DNA of 64,000 nucleotides from Ignavibacteriota bacterium. GTDB taxonomy: Bacteria; Bacteroidota; Ignavibacteria; UBA10030. The stretch is from contig CAVSHO010000011.1 of the NCBI GenBank assembly GCA_963727825.1, forward strand, positions 1-64,000, in the 5' to 3' direction. Below, in pieces: positions 1 through 8,462 of this stretch (position 1 is its first letter; each line of letters opens with the position of its first letter). The position numbers were made by a program, and so were the translations under genes. Under the pieces are notes generated by a model. It did not search any database. It saw only the letters and a list, made by a program, of their open reading frames with translations, and had not been told where the DNA came from.

Positions 1-176
1 ACGGACTGCGGCTAAGCTGCCGCACTGAGAATTTTAATGTTCACAAAACGAAACAAGTTCATGCTGAAAAGTTTATTATTAAAAACCGAAACCTATACTC
101 GCCATGCTTACCGTTACATGCCTGCCCGCCGTCTTTTGGGCGGGCTCATCCGGTCAGCTCGAGCCGCTGGTTAGCC
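1..176 (-). repeat. attC site 1 (truncated by window edge)
   Basis: GCTAAGCTGCCG ... CGGTCAGCTCGAGCCGCTGGTTAGCC. Confidence 0.9.
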
Positions 177-187
177 AGCGTTTGTAT

Positions 188-1016
188 TAACGCAGTAAAA
201 TAATTGTTCATTCAAATCTATTACCTATCATAAGCCGACATAAATAGACTCCGCTTGCATAATTTCCTGCATCCCATTTTCTTTGATATTACCGGCTGAA
301 AGATTTTCAGAAACTATTGTTGCAATTTCTCTTCCCAAAAAATCAATTATATCTAGTCGCACATATTCAGTATGTGACAATGAAAACTCAATTGTTGTAA
401 CTGGATTAAAAGGATTAGGATAATTTTGGTATAATCTAAAATTATTAAGAGTGAATTGATTCTGTTTTACCGATGTCGTATAACCATAATTAATTCCATT
501 GATGATACAACCAACTGCATCATAATGTTGATAATCCCAAGGTGGACATAAGTCGCAGTACATTATTGCACTTATTGGTCCAAATTTTTCGGATAAGGTA
601 GCTTCACCTCCCAATGAACCATAAAGTTGATAATGAATTATTCTCGTTTCCTCTCCAAACATTCTTATAGTATCAATATTATTTATGACAGCATAACTAA
701 AACTATAAAAGTAACCATCGAAATATGTTGTGTCTCCTTGTTTGCCATCTAATTTGTAAAATGGCACATCCTTAGAATTGGAAGAATTATAATAATAAAC
801 GAAATGTGAATCTACTCTTACATATTGACCACGAAAATAATCAGGTCGATTCAAAACATAATAGGTTTTACCATTTGCAAAAAGAGAATCAGAAACAACC
901 TTTAAAGCAGTCGCTGACGAATCGTATTGCCATTCATTTCCTATATTCAAAGGATAATATGGTTGTCCAAAAGTGATTTGAGCTAGGAATAAAAATAATA
1001 TTATAAAATATTTCAT
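188..1016 (-). pseudogene. Cassette gene: secreted protein with T9SS type A sorting domain, C-terminus frameshifted
   Basis: Signal peptide [21 protein letters not shown] motif; the expected [15 protein letters not shown] continues in another frame after ~290, then a TGA before TIILLR*. Confidence 0.7.
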
Positions 1017-1043
1017 ATTCCTTTCTTTTCTTTTACAAACGCT

Positions 1044-1202
1044 GGCTAACGGATGGCAAGTAAGCTGCGGCAACGAGAAGCCGCAAGTTGCTGAAAACGA
1101 AACAAGTTCATGCTGAAAAGTTTATTATTAAACATCTGAACCTCTATTAGCCATGCTTAACGTACTCACGCTCATTCCGTCAGCTTGAGTTGCTGGTTAG
1201 CT
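1044..1202 (-). repeat. attC site 2
   Basis: GGCTAAC...TAAGCTGCGG...CCGTCAGCTTGAGTTGCTGGTTAGCT. Confidence 0.95.
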
Positions 1203-2072
1203 GGCGCAAACAAATGTTTCAGAATGTTTCAAATTAAAAAAGTCATAAATATATTTGACATTGATGTCGTCTCTATATAAGACATATGCGTTGCCATCCC
1301 ATCTGCTCATAATTGCAAAATGAAGTTTATTCATATCAAGAGCTTTGAAATAATCCCAAAGTGCAACTTTGTCCTGTTTAATATGTGAGTGTATCCAGAC
1401 GCCTTGCAAATATTCTTTAGGCGAACGAGCGATAAATTTTTCGACTGTGTCCTTAAAGAGAATAGCCGAATTATTTATTGGAGGAGGAATTTGATTCACT
1501 CCAGCGTGAATGGAAGGAATTATTTGTTGCATATGTTCAAGCAAATCTTTTATACGATATTTGACATCTAAAAGGATTGGTGTATCAGATTTCGGTGTAA
1601 ACAACCAATCAATGGTTCGATTTCCTTCGCCGAGTCTTGGAATTTCATATTGTGGTACTACACCATCTTGTATACGAACCAACGGAGCCAATTCGGCAAG
1701 CGTTATTAGATGTTTAGACGGATCTTTTAATCTGTTAATAAAACTAAGAATTTCCGGTTCCGTCAAATGTTTTTTAATTGCTCGAATGCCCAAGTAAAAA
1801 TCTTCAATTTCGGGAAACTGTTCTGAACCAATAAGGATATAATCCTCTGGCATTCTATCAAAATAATCTCCGTACTCATAACACCACTTTTTTATTAGGT
1901 TATGGAAAAAGGCTGGTGTCATTTTGATTTCATTCGGCAATAAAATCAGAAGATCGTTTATTAGATCATCATGGTCACCTAAAGACTTGCCAAAAGAGAA
2001 AAAAGCTTTGTCAAGCGTGGTAAGACCAGTGTAAAATATCTCAGGCAAAGCAGCTAAAAGTGTCATGGTCAT
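1197..2072 (-). CDS. Cassette hypothetical protein, possible PD-(D/E)XK-like fold (copy 1)
   Basis: 291-aa ORF filling the cassette, stop inside attC; TIDWLF...ILLDVK motif; same sequence at 15311-16186. Confidence 0.8.
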   Translation of the reverse strand: MTMTLLAALPEIFYTGLTTLDKAFFSFGKSLGDHDDLINDLLILLPNEIKMTPAFFHNLIKKWCYEYGDYFDRMPEDYILIGSEQFPEIEDFYLGIRAIKKHLTEPEILSFINRLKDPSKHLITLAELAPLVRIQDGVVPQYEIPRLGEGNRTIDWLFTPKSDTPILLDVKYRIKDLLEHMQQIIPSIHAGVNQIPPPINNSAILFKDTVEKFIARSPKEYLQGVWIHSHIKQDKVALWDYFKALDMNKLHFAIMSRWDGNAYVLYRDDINVKYIYDFFNLKHSETFVCAS

Positions 2073-2095
2073 TTCCTTACTCAGTGATTTGCGCC

Positions 2096-2252
2096 AGCTA
2101 ACGGATGGCAACTAAGCTGCCGCGTGACCAATTTTAATGTTACACAAAACTAACTGAGTTTCAAGACGAATATTTTCCTCAACACAAAACCTCTAAGCGC
2201 AATGTTAAATAGTACCAACGCTCAATCGGTCAGCTTGAGTTGCTGGTTAGGC
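2096..2252 (-). repeat. attC site 3
   Basis: AGCTAAC...GGTCAGCTTGAGTTGCTGGTTAGGC. Confidence 0.95.
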
Positions 2253-2270
2253 AGCAGCATATTTTTGTGA

Positions 2271-2558
2271 TTACATTTCTTTTTTATTGGATTCTGATTC
2301 TCCAGCTTTCTGAACAATATTATTTGTGAAACGAACCGACAGCCAAAGGATAAAGAGAATGATAGCAAAAAGGAGAATCCAATCTGGATAGATACCAAAA
2401 GAAAAAAGTATAGTGAGCACAACAGTCAACACGGCTGTGTTCACCAATTGCTGAATCAAATTATACTTCCTTTTGGAATAGCGTGGAATTAGCTTGATCC
2501 AAGTCGCAAAGAGAGAAACAAGAATCGAAACTACAATTACTTCAAGTAAGAAGAACAT
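2271..2558 (-). CDS. Small cassette membrane protein
   Basis: 95 aa with about three hydrophobic stretches, fills the cassette. Confidence 0.7.
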   Translation of the reverse strand: MFFLLEVIVVSILVSLFATWIKLIPRYSKRKYNLIQQLVNTAVLTVVLTILFSFGIYPDWILLFAIILFILWLSVRFTNNIVQKAGESESNKKEM

Positions 2559-2622
2559 GAGAGTCTCCTAATATTCTGACACTGCTTGTTACAAACAGCT
2601 TACCTCAAGTTGTGTTGCTGCT

Positions 2623-2781
2623 GCCTAACGGACCGCAACTAAGCTGCGGCGTTGATAATTTTCGTAATGCAACCAACGAAACAAGTTCATGCTGAAAAGT
2701 TTATTATTAAACATCTGAACCTCTATTAGCCATGTTGATTGCACCCAGCTCCCAACCGTCAGCTTGAGTTGCTGGTTAGGC
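2623..2781 (-). repeat. attC site 4
   Basis: GCCTAAC...CCGTCAGCTTGAGTTGCTGGTTAGGC. Confidence 0.95.
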
Positions 2782-2795
2782 AGCATACTAAATAA

Positions 2796-2987
2796 TCAGA
2801 ATAGTTTTCGTATAAAAACCACAAGTAGAATCAATGCTATAAGAAGTATATACGAAACGGGTCGTGCACAATTTATAGTCCATCCGATTCCTACACTTTT
2901 AGGAACAAAATATCTGGAATCGCTCGGGTTGAAATAAAATATTCCCCACTTCCAGTTTTTGGGGTCTTTCTGAACATCGTCTTCCAT
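2796..2987 (-). CDS. DUF5808-like small membrane protein
   Basis: WKWGIFYFNPSD..FVPK..GIGWTIN motif plus C-terminal TM helix. Confidence 0.75.
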   Translation of the reverse strand: MEDDVQKDPKNWKWGIFYFNPSDSRYFVPKSVGIGWTINCARPVSYILLIALILLVVFIRKLF

Positions 2988-3016
2988 GTTATAATCCTAT
3001 TATTTGTGAGTATGCT

Positions 3017-3174
3017 GCCTAACGACTCGCGGCTAAGCTGCCGCGTTGAATAGTTTCGTGATGCACCCAAGGAAACAGGTTAACGCTATCAACCAAATTA
3101 TTAAGCACAAAACCTCTATCCGCAATGTTGATTGCTCCCACGCTCATTCGGTCAGCTTGAGCCGCTGGTTAGGG
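3017..3174 (-). repeat. attC site 5
   Basis: GCCTAAC...GGTCAGCTTGAGCCGCTGGTTAGGG. Confidence 0.95.
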
Positions 3175-3681
3175 CGCGTGTTTATCAATATCAGAGTTAA
3201 ATATATATTCTTCAATATTGCCACGAATACCACCATATATAATAGGAGCATAGAAAATAAGCGCTGCAACATCACCTGCCCATAACTCATCTGAATTATT
3301 AGAGCATAGTTTCAAGTAAATTATGCCAGCTATTCCACAACCTAAAGAACCAGCAACCAAGCCGGCAAATGCTCCATCAAAATGAAGACGTCTTTCAATT
3401 TTCTTAATGGCAACAAGCGGAAATGAGCTTTGCTTCAAATCGGGGAGAATTGTAAATGTGGCAGTTTCTTTTGAAAACATGACATTTTCAGCTCGAACTT
3501 GCTGATTATCGCGTAGGATAATTTTGACTGTTTTATCCTGAAGTTTCTGCTGGAGTTGATTAATAGTTATTGTATCTCTCTGGCTCTCGGTTGAATGCGT
3601 TACAACAATATATGTGCTGGTACAACCAATGTAGAATGCACTGCTAAATAAAAAGAGAATATGGAAGTAATATAATTTCAT
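3169..3681 (-). CDS. Cassette putative lipoprotein/membrane protein
   Basis: Lipobox-like YIGC, C-terminal glycine-rich hydrophobic helices; stop inside attC. Confidence 0.75.
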   Translation of the reverse strand: MKLYYFHILFLFSSAFYIGCTSTYIVVTHSTESQRDTITINQLQQKLQDKTVKIILRDNQQVRAENVMFSKETATFTILPDLKQSSFPLVAIKKIERRLHFDGAFAGLVAGSLGCGIAGIIYLKLCSNNSDELWAGDVAALIFYAPIIYGGIRGNIEEYIFNSDIDKHAP

Positions 3682-3692
3682 TTTTTCACGCG

Positions 3693-3850
3693 CCCTAACG
3701 GATTGCGGCTAAGCTGACCGCGTGACCAAATATAATATTGTACCCAACGAACTGAGTTTCAAGCTGAAAGCCTTAATAATAATACAAACCGTTACAAGCC
3801 ATGCGTAATGTACCAACGCTCATTCGGTCAGCTTGAGCCGCTGGTTAGCC
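3693..3850 (-). repeat. attC site 6
   Basis: CCCTAAC...GGTCAGCTTGAGCCGCTGGTTAGCC. Confidence 0.95.
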
Positions 3851-3857
3851 GGCAACC

Positions 3858-4469
3858 TTAATCGGATTTCTTGATACTATTAATCATTAAATCAATGGCT
3901 GCGTATGGATTACTACGAGCTGAATATATGAGCCCTTTTGGTATCATAATTATTGAATACTGTGTTCCCTTCGAAACATCAAGGAAATAGCCGTGATAAT
4001 GTAGAGAATCTGTAACAATATTTTTACAAATCGTTCTACTTGTAGCCCAAATGTGAAAACATCTTAGATGATATTTAGTGTTGAATTCGGTGATTGTATC
4101 GATACTGACAATCTGTGCACAATCTCCCATATTTTCATAAGGCGGATGTAGTGCCCAAAATTTTGCAATACCTTTTGCGATATCGATGCTATCTAAAATA
4201 TGAATACTATCCGAAGACCATGGTTCAACTAAGAGCATATATGCTGCAAGAATCCTTTTTACATTCTTGGAAAGTGAAATAATGTGACCTTGAATATCAA
4301 AGAAATAGCCCGGCACTGAATCAATGGTAAAGAATTTATTTGCATTGATAGCTCTAATATTTTCTTTCGTTGGAGCTTTTTCGAGTTGTGATGAGTCTTG
4401 ACGATTTGCCATTTGCCCAAAGGTAAACTGTATGAATAATAAAAAGAGAATGATGTACGATGATTTCAT
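3858..4469 (-). CDS. Cassette secreted hypothetical protein
   Basis: 203 aa, signal peptide MKSSYIILFLLFIQFTFG. Confidence 0.75.
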   Translation of the reverse strand: MKSSYIILFLLFIQFTFGQMANRQDSSQLEKAPTKENIRAINANKFFTIDSVPGYFFDIQGHIISLSKNVKRILAAYMLLVEPWSSDSIHILDSIDIAKGIAKFWALHPPYENMGDCAQIVSIDTITEFNTKYHLRCFHIWATSRTICKNIVTDSLHYHGYFLDVSKGTQYSIIMIPKGLIYSARSNPYAAIDLMINSIKKSD

Positions 4470-4482
4470 GTTTTTTGTTGCC

Positions 4483-4630
4483 GGCTAACGGACGGGCGCT
4501 AAGCTGCGGCGTTGATAACTTTCCAAACACACAAAACGAAATAGGTTCATTCTATCAACTTTCAATTAAACACAAAACCTATGCACGCAATGTAAATCGC
4601 ACCCAGCTCATTCCGTCAGCTTGAGCGCCT
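4483..4630 (-). repeat. attC site 7, interrupted by two IS110-family elements (remainder 7362-7371)
   Basis: GGCTAAC...CAGCTTGAGCGCCT, then IS sequence; CTGGTTAGGC resumes at 7362. Confidence 0.93.
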
Positions 4631-4670
4631 CGTATGTTGAGTCTGTGACACTTATATTTGTATCGTAATT

Positions 4671-4857
4671 CATTGGCAAAGTCATAGGAGAGATAGGAGC
4701 GTCTAGATATCTTCCCAGAAGAAGAATATCGTTAACCAGATACTTCTCCCTATGACTTTGTGCTTCTCCAGAATCTGAACAGTACTTTGAGATCCATACT
4801 TCTTGACGTGGAATCCCGTATAACGCACGAGTCTAGATCATACAGAAGCTGCCAATG
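4671..4857 (+). ncRNA. Predicted bridge RNA of IS-A (target loop plus donor loop)
   Basis: Closing stem CATTGGC/GCCAATG; stem CAAAGTCATAGG/CCTATGACTTTG enclosing GAGCGTCT and TAACCAG (match attC); stem GCTTCT/AGAAGC enclosing ACAGTACTT and AACGCACGAG (match circle junction). Confidence 0.85.
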
Positions 4858-4895
4858 TTTCTCTTTTCTTAACCTCTATTTCAAGGAGCTTTACT

Positions 4896-5981
4896 ATGAA
4901 TATCTTAAAACAAACCGTCGGTATCGATGTCTCCTACAAAACTTTCGATGCCAGATTCGGTACCATCGATACTCAACAAGAAATCAACCTATCCGCCTCT
5001 AAATCCTTTAAAAACTCACAGGCTGGATTCAAACTCTTCCTGCGATGGCTTATGAAATTTATCCTCTCTAATGATATTCCCCTCGTCTTTGTGATGGAAG
5101 CCACCGGTGTCTATTATGAACACCTCGCTCACTTCCTCCTTGAGCACGGTTATCACCTCGCCGTCGTTCTACCCAATAAAATAAGAAATTATGCCAAATC
5201 CCTCGAATCTAAATCCAAAACTGATCCTATCGATGCCGCTACTATTACTCGATTCGGACTTGAACGCAAACTCTCATTCTGGACTCCACCTTCAGATACT
5301 CTCAAAACCCTACGCGACTTATGCAGGGAATATCATTGCCTCAAAACTAATATCACACAAATTAAGAATCAACTCCACGCTCTCAAATCTTCTTTCAAGC
5401 CTCACAAAGAGTCTTTCAAACGCAAGACACAACTCCTCATATTTCTCGAACGTCAGGTATCGCTTATTAATAAAGAACTCCATGCATTAGTTAAGACCGA
5501 GCCTGATCTGGCCCAACACCTCAAGAATATCAAAACTGCCAAAGGTCTCGGCGATATTACCATTCTCACCGTTTTAGCTGAGACCCGATGCTTTGAACTC
5601 GTCACCAATCAAAAACAACTTACCAGCTACGCTGGGTTCGACATCGTCTTTAACGACTCCGGCTTGAAAAAAGGAAAAACCTCCATCTCCAAAAAAGGCA
5701 ATTCCTTTATCCGTAAAGCTCTCTTTATGCCTGCCCTCTCTGCCTGTCGGGCTAATCCTCAAATGAAAAAACTATATCAACGCCTTGTCGCTAAAGGCAA
5801 AAATAAAAAACTTGCCATCATTGCCGTCGCCCGTAAATTACTCTTACTGATTTACACTCTCTGGAAATCTAATTCTGTCTATATCCCCAATTATAAACCA
5901 TTGCTCTCGTTGTTGTCCCTGAACAAATTTAAATCATTCGCCCCTGCTTGTTCTTTGACATATTTTCTCTATCGCTCTTGA
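4896..5981 (+). CDS. IS110-family transposase/recombinase (IS-A)
   Basis: GIDVS, VMEATG, KTDPIDA (DEDD RuvC-like), NDSG serine loop, KKGNSFIRKAL, AIIAVARKLL; RBS AAGGAG. Confidence 0.95.
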   Translation: MNILKQTVGIDVSYKTFDARFGTIDTQQEINLSASKSFKNSQAGFKLFLRWLMKFILSNDIPLVFVMEATGVYYEHLAHFLLEHGYHLAVVLPNKIRNYAKSLESKSKTDPIDAATITRFGLERKLSFWTPPSDTLKTLRDLCREYHCLKTNITQIKNQLHALKSSFKPHKESFKRKTQLLIFLERQVSLINKELHALVKTEPDLAQHLKNIKTAKGLGDITILTVLAETRCFELVTNQKQLTSYAGFDIVFNDSGLKKGKTSISKKGNSFIRKALFMPALSACRANPQMKKLYQRLVAKGKNKKLAIIAVARKLLLLIYTLWKSNSVYIPNYKPLLSLLSLNKFKSFAPACSLTYFLYRS

Positions 5982-6081
5982 CTTTTATCACAGTACCTGG
6001 ATATTACAAAAAAGGAACCTCCCGATTTCGTATGTTTAAGATTATCAAGGTCATTAACCAACAAAATAAAAGGAGGTTCCC

Positions 6082-7083
6082 ATGTATTACTCAGGTATAG
6101 ATTTGCATTCAGATAATTCTTACATCACCACAATCGATGAGAGTGGCACAATCGTAAAACGACAACGCCTCGAGAATAACGACGAACTTGTTCTCGATTA
6201 CTTCCACTCTCTGCCCGGTCCTCATCAGGCAGTCGTCGAGTCTACAACAGGTTGGTATTGGCTCAACGATCTCCTCGGCGATAACGGCATCGAGCTTGTC
6301 CTTGCTCATGCCAAATATCTCAAAGCCATCAGCTATGCTAAAGTTAAAACAGATAAAGTCGATTCGCAAACTCTCGCTACACTTTTACGACAAGGCCTTA
6401 TTCCACAAGCACACAAGATCAGCCGTGAACTCCGTGGATTACGCGATACCATGCGCATCCGGCTTAGACTCGTTCAACAACGAACCGCTTGCCTGCTGCG
6501 TCTTTATAGCATTTATGCAAAATTTAACGGCTCTGTCCCTGATCCCTATCGCTTCCAGCTGGCTGTATTAGAGCATACACGCAATACCTTCAGCGATCAA
6601 ATCCTTGCCTTAGAAAAGTCTCTGCATCCTGTCCTGATCCCTAACGACGACATCCAACGACTCTTGAACATTCCAGGTATCGGCAAGCTCTCTGCATTTA
6701 CCATTTACTTAGAAATCGACGGCATAGAACGCTTTATCTCTGATAAACACTTTGTCTCCTATTGCCGTCTCGTGCCTGCTGCTGATAACTCCAATCGCAC
6801 TGTGCATCACCGCTCAAGTAAAGACGGCAATAAATATCTTAAAATCGCTTTCACTGATGCCGCTGTGCATGCCATTCAATTTTATCCTGAATACAAACGC
6901 TTCTATCAGAAATTAGCTCGGCGCTCTTGTGAAGCAACTGCTCGAACCGTCGTTGCAAAAGAACTTGCGAAAATTGTTTTCTATGTCTTAAAGAACAAAA
7001 CACAATATAAAGGTCTCAAAGGACAGCCGATCAGCCGGCATAAATCTCAGCAGTGGCCGCGCCTCTCAAGCCCGGATGCCTAA
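6082..7083 (+). CDS. IS110-family (IS1111-type) transposase
   Basis: GIDLH, VVEST, KTDKVDS (DEDD), IPGIG, SKDGNKYLK. Confidence 0.95.
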   Translation: MYYSGIDLHSDNSYITTIDESGTIVKRQRLENNDELVLDYFHSLPGPHQAVVESTTGWYWLNDLLGDNGIELVLAHAKYLKAISYAKVKTDKVDSQTLATLLRQGLIPQAHKISRELRGLRDTMRIRLRLVQQRTACLLRLYSIYAKFNGSVPDPYRFQLAVLEHTRNTFSDQILALEKSLHPVLIPNDDIQRLLNIPGIGKLSAFTIYLEIDGIERFISDKHFVSYCRLVPAADNSNRTVHHRSSKDGNKYLKIAFTDAAVHAIQFYPEYKRFYQKLARRSCEATARTVVAKELAKIVFYVLKNKTQYKGLKGQPISRHKSQQWPRLSSPDA

Positions 7084-7329
7084 CTGGTAATCTTTATTAC
7101 CTTCGCCTGGATTGGGAAGAGAGTGCGCTGTGCCGTGGTAATATCTGGAATATCTCGCTCAACGAGATAAGTCCCGCTTTCACCCCGGGATAAATCCGTA
7201 AACTGGTTTGGACGGCATTGCTCCGGTAATCGTCTGTCTATTTGATAGAGAACGCGGCATCGGCACGGGTTCGGTCGTCAATAATTGTCAATGAACTCTG
7301 CATTCCGTTTGTACGGAACGCATCGGGCG
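7070..7329 (+). ncRNA. Predicted seek/bridge RNA of IS-B (also in the other three copies)
   Basis: GCCTAACTGG and CGCCTGG match the attC target; GTAATATCTGG and TAAACTGG match the circle junction; stems GCCCGGATGC/GCATCGGGC and TGCCGT/ACGGCA. Confidence 0.8.
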
Positions 7330-7371
7330 TATTTTATCTACTTGACTCTTTCCTTTTTAAACTGGTTAGGC

Positions 7372-8271
7372 GCCGTTTTATTAGTAATGCAGAAATATTC
7401 TTAATGATCTGGCAAATCCTTCCAGATTCGGAAATAAAGTATTTGAGTCGATATTCATTTTACCTAGGTCACGAATAATATCTGAAAGTACAAGATCGTT
7501 TGGTACAATGAATTTGATTAATGGTGGCAATTCATCGCTTGATTCGGCTGTCTCAAATTTATCGATAGATAAATTAATTGCGTTCTGATCATCAAATTCA
7601 ACAGACGAATGATTTAATGTTCCGCTAATATTTTCGTTTAAATGTCGAATTAATAATGTTGGACAAGAAAAGTACCCTTTTGCATTGAATTTCGTTCGTT
7701 TAATTGTCTTGGTTAGTCAAGAATAACACCTTTTTTAGGATTTATTCATTTTGTAGCATCTAACAAATCGTTTAACTCAATATAATCATTTAAGATTTGG
7801 TCAAAGGGATTTTTGGGAATACAATTGGTTTTCAGAGTCCATACTGCAGCTTCATCATTCGCTTCTTCAAGTGCAAAAAATGATTGTCGATATAAAATGA
7901 ATAACTCAAAATTCGACTGAAACGAGCTTTGTCTACATAATATTGGATAAAAGCCACCCACTCTAAGAATGTCCGTTTCACTGGGTATGGATTAATAATA
8001 CTACCACGATGGCATTTTCTTCTTGAACCAATGAGATTACTTATTCTACCTTCATCTTGTACTTGTTCTGGCTAAGAATATCCTGATGTATTGATCCAGC
8101 CATCTCGTTCTAATGAGGACATAATATCCCAACTTGCGAAATTCTATTGACGCTCGAAATACCCAGTTGTGGAAATTACTATTGTGATGACACAAGCTTC
8201 TCTGAATATTTTATGTATTTCAGATACTTTTGATATTTAAAAATTTTGTAGCTACATAATTAATAGCTGGC
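7372..8271 (-). pseudogene. Degenerate or ORF-less cassette
   Basis: 900 bp between attC cores with only short ORF fragments. Confidence 0.55.
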
Positions 8272-8462
8272 GTCTAACGGACCGGCGCTAAGCTGCGGCA
8301 CTGATAAGTTTCAATTTGCTGAAAACGAAACAAGTTCATGCTGATAACCAAATTAATAAATCTCAAAGTTATAGGTACTAAAAACTGAATAACAAAAACG
8401 ACAACCCACCACTAGCAATGCTTAACTGTACCCACGCTCATTCCGTCAGCTTGAGCGCCTGG
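8272..8462 (-). repeat. attC site 8, interrupted by IS-B (remainder 9824-9833)
   Basis: GTCTAAC...CAGCTTGAGCGCCTGG then ATATTAC. Confidence 0.93.

Larger units (their letters stand above)
4631..5998 (+). mobile_element. IS110-group element (IS-A): long non-coding left end, CT core, no terminal IRs
   Basis: Against the other junctions (TTGAGCGCCT|GGATATTAC) this is a 1368-bp insert CGTATG...CAGTACCT with (C)CT at both ends; encodes a DEDD transposase. Confidence 0.92.
6001..7365 (+). mobile_element. IS1111-type element (IS-B) copy 1, inserted in attC
   Basis: CTGG at both junctions; subterminal IR AAAAAGGAA/TTCCTTTTT set ~7-8 bp and 3 bp in from the ends; ~280-bp non-coding region downstream of tnp. 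Confidence 0.93.

Noticed and set aside
5997-6000. CTGG and CCT as classical target-site duplications
   Set aside because: IS110-family elements recombine conservatively; these are better read as shared donor/target core sequences
6109-6571. Overlapping ORFs inside IS-B (86 aa and 127 aa) recurring four times
   Set aside because: They recur only because the IS is repeated; alternative-frame shadows with no motifs
7156-7162. CGCTCAA in the IS-B RNA, complementary to TTGAGCG in the target
   Set aside because: Only 7 nt, partly buried in a hairpin stem within the donor loop; may be chance
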